A DNA stretch of 64,000 bases from Octopus vulgaris (lineage: Eukaryota), in the NCBI GenBank assembly GCA_951406725.2, contig OX597826.1, positions 43,772,001 through 43,836,000 on the forward strand, read 5' to 3'. Positions 53,271-64,000 of this stretch are shown piece after piece. A model generated the notes under the pieces. It ran no database searches, was not told the origin of the DNA, and saw only the letters and a list, made by a program, of their open reading frames with translations. Position numbers and translations under genes: made by a program. Every line of letters begins with the position of its first letter. Position 1 is the stretch's first letter.

Positions 53271-56200
53271 ACTGGCCAAATGTATCGGCTTCATTTAGAG
53301 AGCTTTCCGAGCGTTTGAAGGAATATTCATACATACATGCATACATACATAAATATACACATGCTCTCTCTATCTATCTCTTTCTCTCTCTCTCTCTTTC
53401 TCGCACACACACACACACATATTTCCGAGCATTCGAAGTAATACATATATACGTGTGTTTGTGTGTGTGTGATATAAACGATACGAAAAAACATATGTGT
53501 GTGCATTTGTGTGTGCATTTGTGTGCGCATTCTCTCTGAACCACATGTACATACACACAAACCGCATACTGAATACATTTAATCTTGGAAATACAATGAC
53601 TTTATTTTACTTTATTTTATTATATTTCATTGCAATCGAACAGTTTGTTAAATCTTCTCAAAGATTGCATTGATTTTTAAACAGTGCAAATTTCTTAAAT
53701 TAGCGCTTACAATAATTCTGACGAGGTCACAGTCATTAGTAAAGTTTTTCTTTATTAAAGGATTTCATGTTATATGATTGTACAATGATACAAAATGTAA
53801 TAATAGACTCTTTAATTAACGAAGAAACATTACAGAATGCTAGAACTATGGAATCATTCATTCGACAACCAGTTATTATTTTCAAAAATGTATAAATAAA
53901 CACACAATGAAATCTTAATTATAACTCATTATAAAAGTAAAAGAAGAAATAAATAAAAATGTATGTAAATTTGTTATGAGATAATATATTTACTGTTGCA
54001 GATTCTGTTTATAAAGTAGATGGTTAAACATTGTTAAAATCTCACCTTAACGACCTTGAAGATTATAGATGATAATATAAATAATTATTTCCTAATTAAG
54101 TAACATATTTGGATTTAGTTATATTTTTTATATGAAGGTCAGTCATGATCAATCATACCTATAATCAAGGGTGTTTTATCTTTGACCAGCCAGCCTTAAT
54201 ATTTTTTTAAACCTGACACGTAGTTTTATCTTTCGTGACATCTTTCAATGCATTGATTTCCTTTTAAAGATGGATTTTAATATATGCTTTACAAAAATAA
54301 TTCTTATAAATATTTCAATGAATATATATTAATATTTCTAAAAATATATCCACCGATGATAAGTTTTCGATTGTTTGTCAATGTGATATTTATAACAATA
54401 TTCGCATATATGGATATACATATATATTTGGATATATATATACATACATATATATACACATACACGTACATAAACAATAAACTGTCTCTGTGTAAGGTAT
54501 GTATGTGTGAATGTGTATGTGTATGTACGCGTGTGTGTGAGTGTGTGAATGTGTGAGTGTGTGTGTAAATGTGAGCGTGTGTGTACATACAAACCATGCA
54601 TTACTGTTTAGGGTAAAATATTGGAGAATTTTGCCGATAATTCCAAAAAAGCGCCAGGAATAGTATAACGTTGCTAATAATTTTGCCTTGGAAGGCGGCA
54701 AACTGGCAGAAACGTTAGCACACCGGGCGAAATGCTCCGCGGTATTTCGTGTCTTTACGTTCTGAGTTCAAATTCCGCCGGGGTTGACTTTGATTTCATC
54801 CTTTCGAGGTCGATAAAATAAGTACCAGTTGAACACTGGGAGTCGATCTAATCGACTGGCCCCCTCAACAAAAATTTTGGGCCGTGTGCCTGGAGTAGAA
54901 AAGAATAATTTTGGCTTGGAATTGCTGCAGATTCCTGCCAGAATTCGAACCTGAAAAGGTCAGTACATTTGCTGCATTTTTATCTTCTGAAAGCCATCTT
55001 AACCATTTATAAACACCCAACTCTTTTATATTCACTTACGAACGCGTATATAAATATATATTTTTATTTTAAATGATTACATTGATATATAGATATATTC
55101 CTCTGCGCTCTATCCGTATGATTAGAGACAGATGATATATTGTTGATGTTGGTTAATGATTAATTGTATCGTGTACGAATTATTCTCTCTTGTATAAAAC
55201 AAAAAATTCTAACCAAGTTTGTCACACGTGCAGAATTATAAAAAAAAAATATTGTGATGAAAAAAACAAAAAAAAAACAGAAGACATGATTTATGTTTTT
55301 CAATGCAGTGAACTAATTAAGTGTTGCATCTGCAGTGTTTAATGGCCAAAAGGTTTAATGAAGTTATCTTGCTTTGGTTTGTTTCATTACAGACGAAGAA
55401 TTAATTATTTTGCTATTATTGTCCTGAATGAACAAGTCACATGATGAACAATTTCTACGTGTTAACTTTTGACGCTAGAACAAAACCTTAATTATGCATC
55501 CTCTACATCTTCAATCTCGGTTGTTTTTATTCGCTTTATATGAAACCGATGTTATTCTTTCATAGCTGTTGGCATGTTTTCCCCATTATTACAGTTTGGA
55601 GGCGACCAGAGTCTTTGGTATACCCTGCTCCTCTAAAGCTATTATTCAATGGCAGCCATTGTTGCATTTACGTTATTCCTTTTATTCATTTCCCAGCAAA
55701 TAATCACGCATATATTCAATGCAATCATTTAATTGGAATAAGTGGAACAACTGAATTTTGAAGGTAAAACGTTTTGTAATATAATACTACAGAAATATTT
55801 ATGAATAGCAGCAGAGGTTAGGATATTATATAGGGAATTTTACAGAAGAATCGCAGATTAGAAAACTGCTGTCATCCTCCGGTGAAATTATAACACGTAA
55901 AAGAAAAGATTATATTACAATTACACCTGGGGCTGAAAATCAGAATCATTTACATAATTATGCAATAGTGTATGTGCAATGTGGAAATTAGGTATAACAT
56001 TCAAATAACTAATTAGAAAGCATCTACCGCAAGATATTTGGCGTAGTATTATCGAAATTCGCTTGAAGGCGGCGAGCTGGCAGAATCGTTAACAAGCCGG
56101 GCAAAATGTAGCGACATCTTATCCGTCCTCGCGTTCTGAGTTCAAATTCCACCGAGATCAACTTTGCCTTTTATCCTTTCGATGTCGGTAAAATAAGTAC

Positions 56201-56399
56201 CAGTTGAGCACTGAGGTGAATGTAATCGACTTAATTCCTCCCTTAAAATTGCTAGTTTTATTTAAAATTGCTGGTTTCAATGAAGCTATCATTGAAATTC
56301 ACTTCACAATGATGAGGTTCGATTCGACTGGCTGGCATCTTGGGCAAATGTAATTTTCTACAGCTTCATGTCGTTCATATTTAGAGTCAAGAGTATTCA

Positions 56400-56705
56400 T
56401 TTGTGAAAAATCTGGCCTGGTCGATTTGAGGTCTTAAGTAAACATCGCAATTGGTGAAATCTTGTTTCCAACCGTCAGCTCAAATTATGTTTCAGCTGTG
56501 GCGTAGAAACAATTCAGTTTGGAATTCGTGCTCTTCTTCAAAGCATTTAAAGATGTAGCTAGAAATTTAATAACGGGCTACTTGCTGAAAAGGATTAAAT
56601 AAAGCTATATCCAATAAAATCTGATGAAATACATCAGACGCATGATTGTGAATGAATATAAGATTCAAATGAAATATGTAGGCTCCATTTAGAGGGACAA
56701 GATGA
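56400..56705 (-). repeat. Old dispersed repeat, copy 1 (possible LINE endonuclease remnant)
   Basis: Collinear with 61897-62195, e.g. aaaggattaa(a/g)taaagctatatcca. Confidence 0.65.
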
Positions 56706-57053
56706 TATTGGGTAGGAGGAAACTTTATACAAGGCCATCAGGTTGAATGTGCAGTTAAGTCATAAGCAACAGCCTTGTTATATATTGTGTCATGCTGACT
56801 TGGCAGGAATTACTCGAAACATCTCTCTCTTTGACTTGTTTCAGTCATTTGACTGCGCCATACTGGAGCACCGCCTTTAGTCGAGCAAATGGACCCCAGG
56901 ACTTATCCTTTGTAAGCCTAGTACTTATTTTATCGGCATCTTTTGCCGAACGTTAAGTTACGGGGACGTAAACACACAAGCATCGGTTGTCAAGCGATGA
57001 TGGGGGGACAAACACAGACACACAAACATATACACACGCATACATACATGCAT

Positions 57054-57125
<72 letters not shown>

Positions 57126-57807
57126 GACGGGCTTCTTTCAGTTACCGTCTACCAAATCCACTCAGAAGGCTTTGGTCGCCCCGAGGTTATAGTAGAAGGC
57201 ACTCGCCCAAGATGCCACGCAGTGGGAATGAAGCCGGAACCATGTGTTTGGGAAGCAAGCTACTTACCACACAGCCACTCCTGATCCTAAATTAACGCAT
57301 AAATGGCTGAGCTTTCTACAGACATGACTATAAACCATTACTATGTTAATTCAGGGGCAGGTAATTCTGCTGATTACTCTACTGCATGTACATGTTGAGC
57401 GACGGAGATCCACCGCCATACAACATAATAATATATGATGTTTATGAATTGAATTCCTTTTCTTTCAATGTTTTAATTTCTTTCATTTTTTCGACCCACC
57501 TCTGTTTCCCTCCATACACATGCAATGCATAAAAACACGACCGAGTAGTTAAGAGGTCTGGAGTTTGATGTCACTGCGTTGTAGCTGGGTAAATATCTTC
57601 ATCTTAGACACAGGTCGACGGGTAGACGGAAAATGCGTAAGAGCCCATCAGGTAGATTGCACCTGTAATTCAAATTTCAACCAAATGCTGCACGCTCACA
57701 CATCTACAGTGCATACATACATACATACATACATACATACATACATACATACATACATACATTCATACATACATACTTACTTACATACATACATACATAC
57801 ATAGATA

Positions 57808-58000
57808 CTTTGCCATGATAGATCGGTAGCCACTACACACATTTTTTCTCTCCTTGTTTCTTTCTGTTTTCCTTTCTGTGGAAGAGCGTAGGCTCGAAAC
57901 GTTAAATACTTTTTCAATTCCCGAGCGTTAAGCTAATACATCTGTTTGTTTTCTACACCACCTGTCTTCGTCTTTTGTTTTTTTTGTGAATTCTCCCCCT
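57808..58000 (+). mobile_element. Family B repeat within (CATA)n
   Basis: UUU CUGUGGA AGAGC GUAG GCUC GAAAC GUU AAA at 57873-57906. Confidence 0.78.
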
Positions 58001-58052
58001 ACATACATACATACATACATACATACATACATACATACATACATACATACAT

Positions 58053-58370
58053 AGAATACCTACTCAGAACTATTGAGAATTCTGCAGTTACTCTATCCAT
58101 ATTACAAGTTCAAGGTTATATCTGTAATTATGGGGGCACTAAGATATGTAACACACTGCCTAAATATCAATCTTGAGAAACTAGGCTTTTCAAAACCAGA
58201 AAGGAGAAAGCTGATTCGAAGACTACAGATCCAATCCAGAACTGGAACTGTAAAAGTCTGTAATACTTTCCTGAAGTTTATCATTTAAGTATACATGAGC
58301 ATGTCTAGATATGCAACTATATGCATGAGGAGACATGCATTAAACAAAACATACAAATCTGCACATATAC
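58053..58370 (+). mobile_element. 5'-truncated RLE-type (R4-like) non-LTR C-terminus plus 3' UTR in a (CATA)n tract
   Basis: LLRILQLLYPYYKFKVISVIMGALRYV..LEKLGF..LQIQSRTGTVKVCNTFLKF* fits the IP.IIGALG...LQ...GT RLE end. Confidence 0.75.
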
Positions 58371-58374
58371 ATAC

Positions 58375-58404
<30 letters not shown>

Positions 58405-58405
<1 letters not shown>

Positions 58406-58548
58406 GGAAGAATTCACAAAAAAAAAAACAGACGGAGACAGGTGGTGTAGACAACAAAAAGATGAATTCGTATAACGCTCGGGAAGTGAAAAAAGACTTT
58501 AACGTTTCGAGCCTACGCTCTTCCACAGAAAGGATAACAAAGAAACAA
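58405..58548 (-). mobile_element. Family B repeat
   Basis: CUUU CUGUGGA AGAGC GUAG GCUC GAAAC GUU AAAG at 58532-58497. Confidence 0.78.
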
Positions 58549-60063
58549 GGCTTCTTTCCATTTCCGCTCACAAAACTTGTCGACCCAGGGATAAAATTGA
58601 AGAGACCTGCCCAAAGTGCTCTGCAGTGAGACTGAACTCGGAGCAATGTGGTTGGGAAGCTATTTGTTTTTGTGCATGTGTGTGACCATTGCCTTTGTTT
58701 TTTCTATCCCTTAACAAACAGTACTGGTTTGTTTACGTCCACGTAAAGTAACAGTTCGGCAAAAGAGACCGATAGATAAAGCACTGAGGTGAATTTGTTT
58801 AACTGAATCTCTTCAAGGTGGTGCATTAGTATGGCCGCAGTGCTATCAACTGAGAGTATTAAAACAAATAAAAGAATAAAAGAGAAGAACTCAGGCAAGA
58901 TTCGAAATCTCTTCATAGCATATTCACCATGTTTTCGCGTCACATATTCGTCTTGTTACATTAGATTTAACGCTCTACATGCTATTTGAAATAACAAAAT
59001 AAATGAATAAATAGATAAACAGCAACACCCTCCAGGTATATATACATGCATCCATTTAGATGTAGACGAACTTATATATGCTATAACATAGTTTTTCTCT
59101 TGGCATGTAAAATTCATACAAATACGTTGGATTTGTTAATGTTCGCACATCTTAGAATTCAGCTTTATCTACATAAAAATAAAAAATAAAAATCTTGCGT
59201 TCATTTCCATACATTAAAAGCATTTATATTTTACTGGCTGTCTGTGATCTCGTGTTCATGTTTTTCCATTGGAAAGCTATCCATTTCCATATATCATCAG
59301 CTACACTCACAAAATAAAATGAAAACAAAAACAAAACAAAACAACGACAAAATACGAGAAAATAAAATAAATACACAGTGTAAAAAGAAATATTTGCTTG
59401 ATATAAAGAATTCATAATGAATTCTGAATTTATTCTAGATATCACCTGCCGATTAAAAGTTACCTTAATTGGATTTTTACCTGATACGTTAGAGTTAGGA
59501 AAAACAGTTTGACAAACTCGTCTCCTTACGTGATTCAGAAAGCCTGAAACTTCATCGGAAATAAGTGATATGTTATTTTTTAAATTTTTGGATCCTTTTA
59601 CTGGTTTCAGTCATTGGACTGCAACCATGCTGGAGCATCCCCTTCAAATATATTAGTCGACAAAATTGAACCAAAAACTTATACTGTTTTTTTTTTTTTT
59701 TTTTTTTACTGAACCTCTATGTTACAGAGACGTAAACAAACAGGTTACCATATGGTGGGGTTGCAAACACAAATGAACGAGTACCCACACCTTTGTGTAT
59801 GCATACGTGTGTGTGTCTCTGTCTCTGCACATGTGCGCGCGTGTGTATACGTATATCACTATATGTGTATAACACTACATATAAAAACAGTTAGAAAGTA
59901 TAGCATTGTGGAATTCCATGGCAGCATACTTTCAATTGGTGTGCATGCATTTAGAATGAAATACAGGTGACAATTTAATTTGTTTACATCAAGTCTCTCT
60001 CTCTCTCTCCCTCCCCCTGTCTCTCTCTCCCTCCTTCTCTCTCTCTCTCTCTCCCTCCTTCTC

Positions 60064-60130
<67 letters not shown>

Positions 60131-60306
60131 GTGAACTATATACATAGTTCACTCAGCTGTAGAAATGAGCTGCGACATCATAGGTGCCAAGCTGTATCGG
60201 TCTTTGCCTTTCCCTTGGATAACACTGGTGGCGTGGATAATGGAGGGCGGTATGCATGGGCGACTGCTGGTCTTCCATAAACAATCTTGCTCGGACTTGT
60301 GCCCTG

Positions 60307-60430
<124 letters not shown>

Positions 60431-60432
60431 AT

Positions 60433-60470
<38 letters not shown>

Positions 60471-60627
60471 GTGTATGTGTGTGTGTGTCTGCAGGCATGT
60501 ATGTATGTATATATGTATATATTATTTAAAACAGTTTGATGCGGGTTCGTGCTATTTCAAGTTCCGGAAGCCACTGGCGGGTCCTGTCTCCCCAGGCTGG
60601 TGGTGTATCCAAATGAACAGAGGGGTA

Positions 60628-60679
<52 letters not shown>

Positions 60680-60684
60680 TACAT

Positions 60685-60858
60685 ACGAGGTCTGATTAAT
60701 ATGTATCCAGATTGTTGTCATAGTAACGAATCTATAGCAAGCAGAGTGAAACTACTTGGCACAGATTGACCTTGAAACCTACTGTGCATGCGCACAAATT
60801 TTACCATTCCAGCTCCCTTCCCTTGTTTACAACAATGCTTGGAAGGAACGTGCGTAGT

Positions 60859-60860
<2 letters not shown>
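60685..60860 (+). mobile_element. Mariner-like terminal fragment
   Basis: TA + cgaggtctgattaatatgtatccaga resembles mariner TIR starts; partner TIR not found. Confidence 0.4.
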
Positions 60861-60895
<35 letters not shown>

Positions 60896-61896
60896 CACAC
60901 TATCATACAGTTTCCATCTACTAAATTACTCACAACACATTTGTCCACTGGGGTCAATAGTTGAAGACACTTTCCCAAGGTGCCTCGTTGTGGGACTGAG
61001 CACAAAATCACAGCAGGGTCGCGAAGCGAACTTTTTATTTACATAGTCATATCTGCTCGTCTAGAATATTTTTTTAGGATTCAGAATGATTTATCACTTC
61101 CTGAAAACTGTTGGAGAATGATTAAGAAGTCTGATTGGGATTTTAATGTAAAATCAACTTTAACATTCGTCATTTGGAATATTTCAAAATTCGTTTTCGG
61201 AATATAGGCGAGAATATGATAACAAAGGATATGACAGGCAAACCAAACAAATATAAAAAATGTGATGAGTATAAAATCAGACATAAATAATGATTCTCTT
61301 TCGTTTTGTCCTCTGTTATAATTCGCAGACGGACAGTTTAATATAATTGGGCCATATATATTTTTTTTATAATTTGATTATTCGTTTCGCCTCATTGCTT
61401 TCTAATAGAAACGAGACTCGATGTGTTAGCGACTCTGTGTCAACAGAGATTCTTTTTTAGGGTAAGTGGTGTGATAAAGTGGTGGGGGCCCCATAAAGTG
61501 AGTAATTTTATTTTGATATGTATGAGTGAGTGTTTGTATGTATGTATGTATGATTGTGTGTATGCTTTAGAGTTGCCTGTTACACGGTGTCAATTTGGAA
61601 TTAGGAATGAAGTTACTTTTTATTCGCTGTCGATAAATATGTCCTGTGGGTTCAATTATTTTATTTTTCAATTGCTTAAAATTGATTGGAACAGATTAAA
61701 ATGACATAAAATGTTTAGATCAAATAAAAAAGATTTATTCTCTGTGGAGTCTTTCAGAAATGTCTTTACGCTTCATTAAGAATTATACTAAATTGGATAG
61801 ACAGCCTTTGGAAAAACAACAGCATTTTGCATAAACTTAAAGAAAATACGAGGTGTAAAACCAGTCGCTCTTATTTAGTGACAAGAGTATTTATTT

Positions 61897-62195
61897 TGTG
61901 GAAAATCTGGCTTGGCCGATTGATGTTTTAAGTAAACAAGGTAGCAGGTCAAGTCTTGTTGCCAACTGGCAGGTCAAATCTTATTTTGGTAGTGGTATAA
62001 GAACAATTCAATACGGAATTCATCCTATTCTTTGCAGCATTTTAAGATGTAGCTACCAATTTGATAACGAGTTACTTGTTAAAAAGGATTAAGTAAAGCT
62101 ATATCCATTGCGGTCTGATAAAATACATCACGTGTATGTTTGTGAATAAGTGCAAGGTTCCAGTAATGTATGTGGATTCCATTTATAAGGACAAG
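61897..62195 (-). repeat. Old dispersed repeat, copy 2
   Basis: Collinear with 56400-56705. Confidence 0.65.
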
Positions 62196-62250
62196 GAGAA
62201 AAGAGGATTCTGTACCAATTTAGAAATGTGAGAATGAAACTAGTTGACTA

Positions 62251-62881
62251 CAGTAATTCCTCGCTATATCACGGTTCACCCATTGCGGTTTATTATTTAA
62301 GCTTAAGTCGACTCCTCCGTGGTGTTGTTTTGCATTTATAATAAAATAAATGTATACAAATTATGAAAATAATAAAAAAAAAATACAGTACAGTATTGTT
62401 TCTACGTCGTTGATTTTCACCTATCGCAGGGTGTTTTGGAATGTAACACCCGCATTAGTCGAGGAATAAATAATGGAAGCACTACGTCGGTTACGACGAT
62501 GAGGGTTCCGGTTGATCCGAATCAACGGAACAGCCTGCTCGTGAAATTAACGTGTAAGTGGCTGAGCACTCCACAGACACGTGTACCCTTAACGTAGTTC
62601 TCGGGGATATTCAGCGTGACACAGAGAGTGACAAGGCCGGCCTTTTGAAATACAGGTACAACAGAAACAGAAACAGGAAGTAAGAGTGAGAGAAAGTTGT
62701 GGTGAAAGAGTACAGCAGGGATCACCACCATCCCTGCCGGAGCCTCGTGGAGCTTTAGGTGTTTTCGCTCAATAAACACTCACAACGCCCGGTCTGGGAA
62801 TCGAAACCGCGATCCTATGACCGCGAGTCCGCTGCCCTAACCACTGGGCCATTGCGCTTCCACTGATGAGGGATTACTCTG
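62251..62881 (+). mobile_element. pogo/Tigger-like MITE with a SINE inserted in its right TIR
   Basis: TA + cagtaattcctcg..cgg left end. The right end ttggaatgtaacacccgc..cgaggaata resumes as tgagggattactctg after the SINE. MER44-like terminal pattern. Confidence 0.65.
62475..62863 (-). mobile_element. Young tRNA-derived SINE (modular-tail family)
   Basis: Head and body as in 16050; tail as in 36840. Confidence 0.92.
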
Positions 62882-63354
62882 TTGAAAAACATTGTCTATA
62901 TATTTTATCGTTTACATCTTTCAGTCATTGGAGTGCAACCAAGCTGGGGTACTGCCACGAAGAGTTAGTCGGACAAATCGACTCTAGTGCTTATTATTAA
63001 GTCTGGTACGTATTTTGTCGGCATCTTTGCCGAAATGCTAACTTACGGTGACGTAATCAAACCGTAACCAAATGCACTTGTGTGGCACTGGTCGGCCCGG
63101 AACTACAATAGAAGATACTTGCATAAAGTGTCACACACAGGCACTGAACCACGCAACAACATGGCTGCAAAGGGATCATTTTAACCCTACTACTACTATA
63201 CCATATCTGCGCCTATATATGAGCAATAATTCCTTTCCATTCCTCTCTATCTCTCTCATTTCTATTTCTATCTATCTCTCTCCACTCTTGCTTCGGAAGA
63301 AATAACACAAAGTATCTTGTCGGGCGCACTAATGATTCTGACAGCTCGCCGCCT

Positions 63355-63417
<63 letters not shown>

Positions 63418-63429
63418 CAACACCACAGA

Positions 63430-63833
63430 TTCACTTGTCAGTTGCTTAGCCCTAACAAGTTAAGCGTTTGCTTTAGTGGCTGGCGATATGTGCAACTCTG
63501 GTGACGATCAGGAAAAAGTGGGAGGACATCATAGCAATGGCTGAGAGGGATTCATTGGGGTTTGAATAATTCAGTCCGGGAAACATGGATGGTTCGTTCA
63601 TCATCCTTCAACAACACTTATTCAGGGACCGAGATGGGCTACTCGACCTGGAGAAAATTCTTACTGAACCCTATTTGCAAGGTCATATGCTGTTTATCTT
63701 GATATGAGATCACCATGTCGCTCACATATGGTTGTGATGCATGTACCAGGTGTACCCTTATCATGATGGGTATACTGGGCTTCGTATATTTTAACCCAGT
63801 GTCACTTTGATGGCATGCACTGCTGCCTCACTC
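63430..63833 (+). mobile_element. Unclassified repeat-like segment ending in (TAA)n
   Basis: GC-richer block between (CTA)n and (TAA)n tracts; single copy in the window. Confidence 0.35.
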
Positions 63834-63893
<60 letters not shown>

Positions 63894-63896
<3 letters not shown>

Positions 63897-64000
63897 CTAA
63901 AAATAGAACAGCAACGAACCATGATAAAACGATGGCAAGAAAAGCCCCTTCATGGTAAATACTGGACTAAACTAAACGCAAAAGAAATAGACACAGAAAA
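63894..64000 (+). mobile_element. 5'-truncated R4/Dong element starting in (TAA)n and running off the window
   Basis: KLKIEQQRTMIKRWQEKPLHGKYWTKLNAKEIDTE contains the W..KPLHG.Y motif; frame open. Confidence 0.8.

Overview
AT-rich, microsatellite-dense animal genomic DNA, most likely an intron or intergenic region of an octopus or other coleoid cephalopod (inferred from the SINE families and repeat landscape). No host protein-coding gene is supportable, and nearly all listed ORFs are microsatellite or SINE read-throughs. The window contains three tRNA-derived SINE families (Meta-domain-like, CORE-like, and a modular-tail family) and fragments of Tx1/L1, R4/Dong, HERO, RTE and Penelope-like retroelements. 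It also holds an internally deleted Tc1 element plus Tigger/mariner/Helitron-like remnants. The strongest signals are: (1) at least ten intact or decayed hammerhead ribozyme (HHR) motifs in three families of short non-coding elements; (2) one of them, at 26.8-27.55 kb, whose 492-nt unit starts exactly at the ribozyme cleavage site and carries a snap-back inverted copy; (3) a covarying structured RNA motif 3' of the HHR in five diverged copies of another family; (4) a SINE subfamily whose 3' tail matches the 3' end of a Tx1 LINE in the same window and which stacks into its own kind; (5) different retroelement clades each sitting in a different microsatellite type. All family assignments come from motif recognition by eye, not from database searches. 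Boundaries of decayed elements are approximate.
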